Assembly: GCA_023229725.1 (NCBI GenBank)
Contig: JALNYR010000001.1
Coordinates: forward strand, 9,292 to 73,291
Direction of reading: 5' to 3'
Origin: Dehalococcoidia bacterium
GTDB lineage: Bacteria > Chloroflexota > Dehalococcoidia > GIF9 > AB-539-J10
Length of the DNA stretch: 64,000 bases
Shown: one piece after another, positions 56,643 to 64,000 of the stretch
Layout of the letters: every line of letters starts with the position of its first letter
Position numbering within the stretch: the first letter of the stretch is position 1
Translations under genes and position numbers: made by a program
Notes under the pieces: generated by a model
Told to the model about the DNA's origin: nothing
The model's input: the letters and a program-made list of their open reading frames with translations, nothing else
Database searches by the model: none

Positions 56643-56782
56643 GTGACTGTTGGCGCGGACCGTGCGCCTGCGCCATCGTCCTCGATGCTACGAGTTGTCG
56701 CGGGCTCGGAAGCCTGTGCTCGCGCACCTCATCGAAATCTCCGCACCTCGGGTTCTCAGAGGCGAACGTCTTAGCAGGTCTG

Positions 56783-56812
56783 AGCGTACCGCGACGGGGC
56801 GGCGGCCGTCAA
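56783..56812 (-). promoter_or_regulatory. sigma70-like promoter upstream of the tRNA pair (-35 TTGACG, 18 nt, -10 TACGCT)
   Basis: Minus strand has TTGACG (56812-56807) and TACGCT (56788-56783). The -35 overlaps the stop of 56809..57399. Confidence 0.35.
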
Positions 56813-57399
56813 GGGCAGACGCCAGCGGCGAGAAGGGCGGCACGGTCGGCTTCGAGGAGGTCACCCAGTGGATCGTTCGGGCTCGCCATCGTTGAGCGAA
56901 GGTCGACGGTCATGGGCGGGCCCGGATCGTCCGCGAGCGCCAGCGGAACGTGGCCGATGGCGTGCCGCAGCGCGAGCCGTGCCGTCGACTCGTTGTACGC
57001 GATGTCCGAAGAGATCGTGATCGTGCCGCTCACGACGAAGCCGTCGACGTCGAACTCGACGTGAGCTCGCTCGGCCGTCTCACCGTCGTCGGCGAGGTCG
57101 AGGAGGTCGCCGTCAGCGTAGGGAGACACGTAGCCGACGTCGACCAGGACCTCGCCGTACTCGTCGATGCAGAGCGCCTCGCAGCCGAGGCGATCGTTCC
57201 ACCACGCGACCTCGCCCTCGAGCCAGCCCGCGGGCACCGTCTCGTCGGCCCAGAGCGCCGGCGGCGGCACCTGCGGCTGCGCGTCCTGACCGGTCGGCGT
57301 GATGAGCCAGAACTCGTTCAGCTCCTCGGTCGTCGGGCAGTCGGCGCCGAGCGTGAAAAGCACGAACGAGGTGAATAAGGCTATTCGTGTGAACGTCAT
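56809..57399 (-). CDS. exported protein with degenerate metzincin-like motif (HAIGH instead of HEIGH)
   Basis: 196 aa. Signal-like MTFTRIALFTSFVLFTLGADC. ALRHAIGHVPLALADD resembles HExxHxxGxxH with Glu replaced by Ala. Confidence 0.4.
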   Translation of the reverse strand: MTFTRIALFTSFVLFTLGADCPTTEELNEFWLITPTGQDAQPQVPPPALWADETVPAGWLEGEVAWWNDRLGCEALCIDEYGEVLVDVGYVSPYADGDLLDLADDGETAERAHVEFDVDGFVVSGTITISSDIAYNESTARLALRHAIGHVPLALADDPGPPMTVDLRSTMASPNDPLGDLLEADRAALLAAGVCP

Positions 57400-57405
57400 G
57401 CAGCC

Positions 57406-57411
57406 AGTGTA
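57406..57411 (-). promoter_or_regulatory. -10-like TACACT, 6 nt before ATG 57399 (leaderless geometry)
   Basis: Minus strand reads gaTACACTggctgcATG. Same hexamer as upstream of 20103. Confidence 0.3.
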
Positions 57412-57417
57412 TCATCG

Positions 57418-57738
57418 ATGAGGGAGGAGAAGACGATGCGAGAACTCTTGACGGCCGATCATCCCGCGCTGTGGTTCCTGCGGTTCATGTGGGTCGTGAT
57501 CCTCGCGGCCTGGCTGGGCTGGCTGTCGGGCTGCGGCGATCCCTACGCTGACGCCGACGTGGACGAGTACGTCTGCAACGAGATGTGCCTCGACCCCGAT
57601 GAGACGGCGCCGAATCACTGCACCTGCGGGCGGCTCATCGAGGAGTTCCCCTTCACCCAGCCGGGTGTGACGACGTGCCTGTGTTCCTGCAATCCAGACC
57701 TCGAGCGCGCCGAGACGTGGTGCGCGGACCCGTTCTGA
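57418..57738 (+). CDS. Cys-rich lipoprotein
   Basis: 106 aa (ATG 57436 after gagggaggag is the likelier start). Lipobox LGWLSGC, then a mature domain with 9 further Cys. Confidence 0.6.
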   Translation: MREEKTMRELLTADHPALWFLRFMWVVILAAWLGWLSGCGDPYADADVDEYVCNEMCLDPDETAPNHCTCGRLIEEFPFTQPGVTTCLCSCNPDLERAETWCADPF

Positions 57739-58677
57739 TCAGGCTCGCGTCGCCCCCCAGGTCTTCTTGAGCCACGCGAGCACGCGCCGCTGCGTGGGCG
57801 TGTCGCTCCTGATGCCGAAGAGCCACTTCGAGGACCACATGCGAATGGCCATGACGCGGACGCCCGCGTCATTCAGCGGGCTGCAGAGCGGCGCGACCGC
57901 CAGTTCGAGCGCCTCTTCGACTTCGTGGCCCGGCCACTTCTGGTCGTAGCCGGCGAGGCCCGCGCCGAGCTGGACGATGCCCTTTGCGAGCTCGGGGATG
58001 TCCTCGAGCACGTCCTCAAGGAACTCCTCCTGCAGCCGACCGGGGCCCCGCGGCCCGGAGAAGGCCACCTTCTTCCCCTCCCAGTCGCTCTCGGTCGAGT
58101 AGAGCTGGTAGTACATGCGGTCGAGGAGCCGGGCGAGGAAGGCGTGCTTGCTCGCCTCCTTGTGGCCCGTGTGCGTCGTCCCCTGGAGCGCGATGTCGTG
58201 CTTCGCGGCCAGCTCTCGCCGCCGGCCCACGAGGTAGGCCGCGGCGCCGTCGAGCGAGGCGAAGCCGCGGCAGTGCTGCTCCTTCCACATCCCCTCGGCG
58301 TCGCCCTCGAGCGCCGTGAAGCCGAAGGGCAGGATCTCGTGGTCGAGGATCTCGCAAGCCCGGTCGATCTTGTCCATGTCGGGCTCGGGCCAGTCGGTCG
58401 CGACGAGGCTGATGTCCGCGTCCAAGGCGAGCGGCAGGATGATGGCGAGGTCCCGCGGCTTGTAGACCGAGTCGAGACCTGGCTTCGTCGTGTCGACCAT
58501 GAGCGCGGCGGTCATGACGCCGTGCTCACGCATGAGAGCCCAGTAGGCCGGGTCCTTCACGACCGACGGGGGATCGTCGATCCAGACCTCGAGGCACGGC
58601 AGCTTCGATGCCGCCGCTGCGGCGCGCGGGATAGGAGTTTCGGGCGAGGTGGGCACGCGAGAGATTTCGTCTGGCAT
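57739..58677 (-). CDS. hypothetical protein, possibly a TIM-barrel glycoside-hydrolase-like enzyme
   Basis: 312 aa. Alternating beta/alpha-looking segments and its location among cell-wall hydrolases. No catalytic motif recognised, so function is a guess. Confidence 0.3.
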   Translation of the reverse strand: MPDEISRVPTSPETPIPRAAAAASKLPCLEVWIDDPPSVVKDPAYWALMREHGVMTAALMVDTTKPGLDSVYKPRDLAIILPLALDADISLVATDWPEPDMDKIDRACEILDHEILPFGFTALEGDAEGMWKEQHCRGFASLDGAAAYLVGRRRELAAKHDIALQGTTHTGHKEASKHAFLARLLDRMYYQLYSTESDWEGKKVAFSGPRGPGRLQEEFLEDVLEDIPELAKGIVQLGAGLAGYDQKWPGHEVEEALELAVAPLCSPLNDAGVRVMAIRMWSSKWLFGIRSDTPTQRRVLAWLKKTWGATRA

Positions 58678-58683
58678 GGGTCC

Positions 58684-58689
58684 ATGCTA
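58684..58689 (-). promoter_or_regulatory. -10-like TAGCAT, 6 nt before ATG 58677 (leaderless geometry)
   Basis: Minus strand reads gggTAGCATggacccATG. Confidence 0.3.
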
Positions 58690-58718
58690 CCCTTGGCGTC
58701 CGAATTGGAGGTGTTGCG

Positions 58719-59324
58719 ATGTACGTGAGCAGGAAGACGAGGGACTGGTTGGGGCGCGTGCTCGTATGGGTGATCGTGGGCGCCGCGGCCTTTGCTGCCT
58801 TCGGGGTCATGCAGGACTGCCTCTGCGCGCCGAGCGCCGAGGCCGAGGAGGGCGAGTCCTACGAGGTCATCGCGGCCATCCTTGCGCTCCAGCCGGCGAC
58901 GACACCTGAACGCGCAGCGCGGCTCGCGGGCATCTTCGCGGGCGCCGGCCACGAGACACGCATTGACCCGTTGCTTCTCGTTGCCATCGCGATGCGGGAG
59001 AGCTCGCTCCGAGAGGACGTCGAGCAGCTCAAGCGACTCGGGCGACGAGGTGAGCGTGGTCTTCTTCAACTCATGCCCCGCGGCGTCGCCCTTTCGCACC
59101 GGCCCGAGGCCTGTGGTCCCGAGCTCGAGGGCGCGCACTGTCAGGTCTACGCAGGAGCGATGTGGCTTGCACACCTTCGTGACGAGCAGTGTCCTGGCTC
59201 GACATGGCGTTGGGTTGCCGCGTTTGGCTGGAGTCGATGCCCGAACGAGCACGAGGCTCGAGCCGACCGGAACGCGAACATCGCAGCGAGTTACTACGCA
59301 CAGGTGGGCGGCACGCGCTGGTAG
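58719..59324 (+). CDS. lytic transglycosylase (SLT domain) with N-terminal membrane anchor
   Basis: 201 aa. VLVWVIVGAAAFAAFGV anchor. LLLVAIAMRESSLRE (catalytic E-S), RGLLQLMP, YAGAMWLAHL. Confidence 0.7.
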   Translation: MYVSRKTRDWLGRVLVWVIVGAAAFAAFGVMQDCLCAPSAEAEEGESYEVIAAILALQPATTPERAARLAGIFAGAGHETRIDPLLLVAIAMRESSLREDVEQLKRLGRRGERGLLQLMPRGVALSHRPEACGPELEGAHCQVYAGAMWLAHLRDEQCPGSTWRWVAAFGWSRCPNEHEARADRNANIAASYYAQVGGTRW

Positions 59325-59383
59325 CTACTGCCTCGGGACGATGTCGACTCGACCGCGCAGCGGCGGCTCTCCGCAGAACGAGT

Positions 59384-60058
59384 TCACCTTGTCGGAAAGT
59401 TCTGGAAAGCGAACTCTCTAAAGTATTCGACAGCGGCAACATCATAAGCGCGTGCTGCACCTTCTATATTTGAGTACACGCCAAGGTGCTTGTACTTTCC
59501 ATCTACCTTGATAAAAGCTGCGTAATGTTGAACTCCGCGTTTTCCCTCGCCAGACTTTCTCACACCTTTATATCGTGTAATGCGAACTTTGTTTGCGCCG
59601 CGATTCTTGCAATTATCACCGCGCGTACAAACTCGAAGATTCTCTCGCCGATTATCTAATGTGTCACGATTGCGATGATCTACTTCTACTGCATCTTCCG
59701 GACGCAATCCCAAAATAACTCGATGCAGCCATACGTTCTGTTTCTTCTCATGACGAACCGCGTACCCAAATTTTGACTTGCACCATCTGAATCCGGATAC
59801 TAATGGAACGTCCGCAATACTGATTTTCGTAGTAGCGCCTCGCGATAGCACCACTTCTGCAAATTCTTCGTGAATGATAATGTCGCTCGTAGCTTTGAAG
59901 TTACCCTTTCTGCATCCACAACTTTTTGAATGACCAGATATCAAGTTCCTAAGTTCAGGATTGCTGACTCTACCGCATTCACAAACGCATGTAGCGGTAC
60001 GTTCATGAACTTCACAAACTGTGAGTCGTTGGAACTTGTCCCCGATCTTCACGTTCAT
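59384..60058 (-). CDS. HNH-AP2 homing endonuclease (second copy)
   Basis: 224 aa. FQRLTVCE...CVCECG...SCGC N-domain. VDHRNRDTLDNRRENLRVCTRGDN HNH core. YKGVRKS...AAFIKVDGKYKHLGVYSNIEGAARAYDVAAVEYFREFA AP2 domain. Markedly low G+C. Confidence 0.8.
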   Translation of the reverse strand: MNVKIGDKFQRLTVCEVHERTATCVCECGRVSNPELRNLISGHSKSCGCRKGNFKATSDIIIHEEFAEVVLSRGATTKISIADVPLVSGFRWCKSKFGYAVRHEKKQNVWLHRVILGLRPEDAVEVDHRNRDTLDNRRENLRVCTRGDNCKNRGANKVRITRYKGVRKSGEGKRGVQHYAAFIKVDGKYKHLGVYSNIEGAARAYDVAAVEYFREFAFQNFPTR

Positions 60059-60089
60059 ATTGGCTTAGACGAGTATCGTGGCGAGTTAT

Positions 60090-60722
60090 TCAACGCGCGG
60101 CAGGAACTACAGAAACCACACCGGAAAGTTGCATATTTCCAGGAACAAAACAGTTCGAGTCTACTGCTATTCCTCTATTACCGATTTCGTTACATGCAGC
60201 GAAATCCAGAAGTCCTACTACAGAATTTCGAGGTGGAACTCCAGCAGCAAACGACATGATCATGAAGTACAATTCAGGTTCCTTCTCTTGAAACCAAGCC
60301 CAGCTTCGCGATTGAACGAACGCGCGCCTAGCGAGTTTTTCGTCGGTGCAAGCACCGTCCGTTCTCCCACAGCATCCGCGCCCCTCTTTACACGCGCTTC
60401 TTGTAGACCACAACAGAGAAACGGGCTGTGAGTACGCGCGTACCAGACTCAGCAGCGAAGATGGTTGCCACCGTTGTGGACTTTGTCTGAACGCAGCGAA
60501 ACGTTGAACAAGACACCATGCGACTGCGGTTTGACCAGCGATCGTATTGCTCTCCCCGTAGCACGCCCGGGCGAGCCAGAGCCACTCGTCCATCGAGGGC
60601 GTGTAGCTGACGCCGTCGCCCAGGATCGTGCCGTGGCCGCGCGCTGGCTTCGCGGCGATGAGGAGGAGACCTCCGAGCGCGAGGGCTCCGAGGCCGAGCT
60701 TCTGCCAGGTCGAGGTCTTCAC
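60090..60722 (-). CDS. SleB/CwlJ-like cell-wall hydrolase with N-terminal anchor
   Basis: 210 aa from GTG 60722 (GTGA overlap; ORF track extends to 60836). LGLGALALGGLLLIAA anchor. EWLWLARACYGESNTIAGQTAVAWCLVQRF resembles the Hydrolase_2 signature. The 3' end is low G+C. Confidence 0.5.
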   Translation of the reverse strand: MKTSTWQKLGLGALALGGLLLIAAKPARGHGTILGDGVSYTPSMDEWLWLARACYGESNTIAGQTAVAWCLVQRFAAFRQSPQRWQPSSLLSLVRAYSQPVSLLWSTRSACKEGRGCCGRTDGACTDEKLARRAFVQSRSWAWFQEKEPELYFMIMSFAAGVPPRNSVVGLLDFAACNEIGNRGIAVDSNCFVPGNMQLSGVVSVVPAAR

Positions 60723-61141
60723 CGACGGCGGCCCTTCTTGCCCCAGAGCGTCCAGGCCGCGAGCCCAAGGCCCACGAGCCCGACGCCGAGGCTCGCGAAC
60801 TGGAACCACGAGCTGCCGCTGCCCCCGAACGCCCACCGGGCCGCCTCCTCGAGCTGGCGCTGCTCGAGCGCCGACAAGTTATCGCAGTGGCCCGAGACGA
60901 AGACCGTCACGGCCTGCGCGAAGAGCACGTCGAGGGCGGGCGGGAAGAAGACCTCGTCGAAGTCGCCGTCCGAGGTCGGGTCGGCGACCGACACGCCCGA
61001 GCGGATGCACCACTGCGTGTAGGCGTTCCCGACCAGCGTGGCGTGGCGGCAGGCGACCGACGTCGAGGCGTTCGTCGCGACCGCGCGCATGACGCGCTGG
61101 AAGTCGTCGATCTCGTGAGCTGACAGGCGAACGATGCCCAT
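60719..61141 (-). CDS. C-terminally anchored membrane protein
   Basis: 140 aa from ATG 61141. Ends WFQFASLGVGLVGLGLAAWTLWGKKGRRR. Confidence 0.6.
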   Translation of the reverse strand: MGIVRLSAHEIDDFQRVMRAVATNASTSVACRHATLVGNAYTQWCIRSGVSVADPTSDGDFDEVFFPPALDVLFAQAVTVFVSGHCDNLSALEQRQLEEAARWAFGGSGSSWFQFASLGVGLVGLGLAAWTLWGKKGRRR

Positions 61142-61143
61142 GA

Positions 61144-61467
61144 CTACTTCCTCGCTACCAAGTAGACGATGAGGCCTACGACTCCGACCCCAGCGCCGAC
61201 CTTGAGCCACGTCGGGATACCACCTTGCCGGTCCCAGCACTCATCGAACTGTCGCGCGAGGGCCTCCTGCCGTGCGCGATTCGCGTCCCACTCTGCGCCA
61301 GTGAGCCCCGCAGCCGGATTCCGACGCGCGCTCTCTACCAGAGCTGCGGTTTGCGCGATGACGGCATCTCGAAGTGCGACGCACGAAGCTGGAACTGTGG
61401 CGTTTTGCCAGTCGAGAATGAGCGCCTCGCCGTTCGTGATGAAGTTGATCCGCTCCTGCTCTGTCAT
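61144..61467 (-). CDS. C-terminally anchored membrane protein
   Basis: 107 aa from ATG 61467 (ORF track extends to 61953 in a junk-like frame). Ends TWLKVGAGVGVVGLIVYLVARK. Confidence 0.6.
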   Translation of the reverse strand: MTEQERINFITNGEALILDWQNATVPASCVALRDAVIAQTAALVESARRNPAAGLTGAEWDANRARQEALARQFDECWDRQGGIPTWLKVGAGVGVVGLIVYLVARK

Positions 61468-61472
61468 GTGTC

Positions 61473-62039
61473 CTACCTCTTCTTCCCGAAGACCATCCAC
61501 GCCGTGACGCCGACGAGGCCCAGGCCCAAGAGCCAGGGCAGCGCGCCGGCCACCGCGCCCAGAGCCTGGCGCCGCTCGGCCAGCCGCTCGAAGTCGTCGA
61601 GGGCGTCGGCGACGCCCTGCGGCAGCGGCACCGAGCGGTAGCAGAGCCCGCGAGCGTAGCCCAGGGCGAGCGCGGCCAGCCCGACGCCCAGAGCGCTCGC
61701 GCTCCCCTCGAGGTCGGCCACGATGGCATCGTAAGACCCCTGGACGAGCACCCGGTCGGCGCCCGAGACGCGAGCCCGCGCGAGCCCGTAGAGCCGGTCG
61801 ATGCGGGGCAGGGACGTCACCGTCCGGCCCGAGGGGGCACCCGCGGGGCCCGGTCGCGAGGGATCCGTTACCTCGCGCCCCTCGGCGATGTCCGAGAGCA
61901 GCATGCCGGCGATGTCGAGGAGGAGCAGCGCGGAAGCGTCCTCCTCGGGGCACTCCTCGATGCGGCTCGTCATCTCCTGGAGCGCGAGCTCACCGTCGAC
62001 CAGCACGTCGATGGCATCCTGGCTGACGAACTGGCTCAC
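61473..62039 (-). CDS. C-terminally anchored membrane protein
   Basis: 188 aa. Ends GALPWLLGLGLVGVTAWMVFGKKR. Confidence 0.6.
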   Translation of the reverse strand: MSQFVSQDAIDVLVDGELALQEMTSRIEECPEEDASALLLLDIAGMLLSDIAEGREVTDPSRPGPAGAPSGRTVTSLPRIDRLYGLARARVSGADRVLVQGSYDAIVADLEGSASALGVGLAALALGYARGLCYRSVPLPQGVADALDDFERLAERRQALGAVAGALPWLLGLGLVGVTAWMVFGKKR

Positions 62040-62398
62040 TTCATGCCCCGAACGATGAGGAAGACGCCTCCCAAGACAACGGCACCAATGACGACTTTCG
62101 CGCCGGTTGAAAGCCCTGTCGCCTCCGCGCCCTCGAACAAGTCTTCGCCGGGGTCTTCGCCTTCCGGTGGCTCCTCCCCCTCGGCGCTGGGGAGTTCGTC
62201 CTCAACCGGATTGTCGTATTGCGTCCCTTCACCACTCATCTGCCCGAAGGGGATCTCGTCGGTGGTGTAGTCGACCTTGAGTCGAGCAGGGTCAAGGGAA
62301 TACGTCACGCGGTCGACGCTCGGCCTCGAAGTCGAGGTCGAGGTCGTTTCCTCAGAGCCGGTCGCACCGAAGTGGCTACGTCTCATCTCATCCTCCAA
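62036..62398 (-). CDS. acidic C-terminally anchored membrane protein
   Basis: 120 aa. Ends GAKVVIGAVVLGGVFLIVRGMK. Confidence 0.6.
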   Translation of the reverse strand: MEDEMRRSHFGATGSEETTSTSTSRPSVDRVTYSLDPARLKVDYTTDEIPFGQMSGEGTQYDNPVEDELPSAEGEEPPEGEDPGEDLFEGAEATGLSTGAKVVIGAVVLGGVFLIVRGMK

Positions 62399-62811
62399 AG
62401 TCCGTATGCCGCGAGCGCGACCAGACCCAGCCCGGCGGCGATGCGCCAGCCACCGCCCTCCGCTGGCGACGCAGGCGGCGTCTCTTCGTCAGCGTCAGGT
62501 TCCGAGTCGCCGTCGGTGTCGGTCGGCATCGGATCGAGGCAGGTCTGCAGCCGCGCCAAAGCGCTCCGCGCCGCGGCGACGTGGCGCTCGGGGTCGTCTT
62601 GAAAGTAGTACGCGTTCGAGACCCCGTCGAAGAGGCCCGCTCCCAGCGCGGTGTCCGCGAGAAGGATCGCGGCCTCGGCCTGGTCGAGAATCCTCGCGCA
62701 GTCGCCGAGCGCCTCTCGCGCGGCCTCGTAGCCCTGGACGGCGGTGTTGATGTCGTTGCGCCGCTCGATGAGCCGGATGGCCGAGGCTGCGGTCATGTTG
62801 CGCTCGGACAT
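62383..62811 (-). CDS. C-terminally anchored membrane protein
   Basis: 142 aa. Ends GGGWRIAAGLGLVALAAYGLWRMR. Confidence 0.6.
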   Translation of the reverse strand: MSERNMTAASAIRLIERRNDINTAVQGYEAAREALGDCARILDQAEAAILLADTALGAGLFDGVSNAYYFQDDPERHVAAARSALARLQTCLDPMPTDTDGDSEPDADEETPPASPAEGGGWRIAAGLGLVALAAYGLWRMR

Positions 62812-62812
62812 G

Positions 62813-63103
62813 CTACTCCTTCTTCCCGAGCATCTCGGTGAGCGTGAGGGGCCGCACCGGTTGGAACTCGGGTGGCGCGGCGGTGCCCTGCTGCAGCTTC
62901 TCCGCCTGCGAGGTGCAGCGGGCTCGGGCGGCTCTGATGACCTTCATGGCGCCCATGCAGAAGCCACGCGCGGCGAGCTCCTTCGCCTTGGGGACGTCGT
63001 CTTTCACGCACTGGCACCAGCAGTCGCCGTGGCTGTCGAGCTCCTCGACCTCGGAGATGAGGTCGCGGACGCCAGGGCAGCGCAGCTCCGGGGGCTTCGC
63101 CAT
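62813..63103 (-). CDS. small Cys-rich soluble protein
   Basis: 96 aa. CPG...CWCQC...FCMG...RC. No hydrophobic tail. Confidence 0.55.
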   Translation of the reverse strand: MAKPPELRCPGVRDLISEVEELDSHGDCWCQCVKDDVPKAKELAARGFCMGAMKVIRAARARCTSQAEKLQQGTAAPPEFQPVRPLTLTEMLGKKE

Positions 63104-63637
63104 CTAGCGCCTCCTCCGCGGCTTCTTCGCGCGGTCGTAGATGTAGGCCCCGCCCGCGAGCACCGCAGCGCCCAGGACGGCGACGGTGCCGACGAGGCCC
63201 CAGCGCGTGCGGATGGCGCAGCGCCCCGACTCGACGGCGAGCACGCCGGCCACGATCTGCTCGAGCGGCTGACGCCACTCGAGCGGCACGACGAGGCCCA
63301 TCGGCGCGTAGGACCGCATCGAACGGAGCGTCGCGTCGGCGTCCCAAAGCGCGAGCACCTCGTCGGTGCCGAGCCCCTCGCCACTCTCCGACGCGGCCCA
63401 GTACGGCACGGAGAAGACGTCAGCGTCGCTGGGGTCGTAGTTCGTCGAGGCGGCATTGAGCGCCGAGACGTACTGCGCCGCGAGCGCCTCGAGCTGCCCG
63501 GTGAACTCGGCGCAGCCCTCGCCGGCCGGCGCCTGCAAGCCCGCTGCGGCGCGGCCCACGTCGGCGACGACCTCGTCGGCCTCGCTCGCGCGGAAGATCC
63601 AGTAGTCGCGGCTGTTGTAGGTGAACTGACGTCCCAT
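63104..63637 (-). CDS. C-terminally anchored membrane protein
   Basis: 177 aa. Ends RWGLVGTVAVLGAAVLAGGAYIYDRAKKPRRRR. Confidence 0.6.
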   Translation of the reverse strand: MGRQFTYNSRDYWIFRASEADEVVADVGRAAAGLQAPAGEGCAEFTGQLEALAAQYVSALNAASTNYDPSDADVFSVPYWAASESGEGLGTDEVLALWDADATLRSMRSYAPMGLVVPLEWRQPLEQIVAGVLAVESGRCAIRTRWGLVGTVAVLGAAVLAGGAYIYDRAKKPRRRR

Positions 63638-63639
63638 GA

Positions 63640-63939
63640 TTACCTCTTGCCCTTGAAGAGCAGCCAGACCCCGAAGACAAGCCCCGCGGCGCCAAGGAGG
63701 CCGAGGGCGACAGCACCTCCGGTACCCTCTGCAGCAACGCCTGCAACGACCAGCGGGTCCATCTGCGCAGGCTCGGGCTCGTCAGCCTGCTGATACTGAG
63801 CATCGCACTCCGCGAACGCGGCGCGCCACGCCTGCACGGCCTGCGTGAATTGCGCGGCCTGCGTAGCAAAAAGCCACGCCCCGCCGATGCAACGCTCCGG
63901 AATCGTGGTGTTCAGCTCGGACACGAACTGCTCGGGCAT
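63640..63939 (-). CDS. C-terminally anchored membrane protein
   Basis: 99 aa. Ends GGAVALGLLGAAGLVFGVWLLFKGKR. RBS gagg upstream. Confidence 0.6.
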   Translation of the reverse strand: MPEQFVSELNTTIPERCIGGAWLFATQAAQFTQAVQAWRAAFAECDAQYQQADEPEPAQMDPLVVAGVAAEGTGGAVALGLLGAAGLVFGVWLLFKGKR

Positions 63940-64000
63940 GTAGTTGGCCTCGAGCGCTGCGCCTGTTATACGGAGGACGTCAACCGGGTCCGCGAGGGCG

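Noticed and set aside
56338-56774. Plus-strand ORFs 56338..56646 and 56484..56774
   Set aside because: They are the antisense of two well-formed tRNA cloverleaves.

Overview
High-G+C (about two thirds by eye), almost gap-free coding window that reads as part of a large virus or prophage-like element, not ordinary chromosome.

Layout:
(i) 1-5838, minus strand: DNA-metabolism operon with a ThyX fragment, a DEDDh exonuclease, a 943-aa PD-(D/E)XK-type nuclease fusion, a very acidic Cys/Asp-rich protein, and an SNF2 helicase encoded as two ATGA-coupled ORFs.
(ii) 5840-6041: back-to-back promoters. The leftward one is followed by an intrinsic terminator in its leader.
(iii) 6042-7421: RepA/AAA_25-like ATPase, followed by an AT-rich, highly structured non-coding region (7421-7902).
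(iv) 7903-23763, plus strand: small Cys-rich, winged-helix and membrane proteins, ending in a virion-like block of three paralogous beta-rich proteins, membrane proteins and tiny basic Cys proteins.
(v) 23814-31258: glycosyltransferase/methyltransferase cluster, including an 809-aa GT-A/GT-B fusion and a 1307-aa GT-A/TPR/MTase/GT-B fusion.
(vi) 31224-41647: spike- or fibre-like genes (two proteins built of ~50-aa tandem repeats, LamG-type proteins), interrupted by an HNH-AP2 homing endonuclease in a low-G+C island.
(vii) 41757-52372, plus strand: accessory block with a tyrosine recombinase, a Dam-type N6A methyltransferase and many zinc-ribbon proteins.
(viii) 52369-64000, mostly minus strand: envelope module with one intact and two degenerate M23 peptidases, SGNH esterase, SLT, a SleB-like hydrolase, a second HNH-AP2, six tiny basic proteins, two tRNAs, and an array of C-terminally anchored membrane proteins.

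Genes are tightly coupled: ATGA, GTGA and TGATG start/stop overlaps occur throughout. About ten genes have a -10-like hexamer exactly 6 nt before the start codon, suggesting leaderless mRNAs.

I could not recognise terminase, portal, HK97-type capsid, tail tube or tape-measure genes in any frame.

Limits: all functional calls come from motifs read by eye and remembered family signatures, and no searches or computations were run. CDS coordinates follow the ORF track, with starts re-chosen where noted. Non-CDS coordinates may be off by 1-2 nt.
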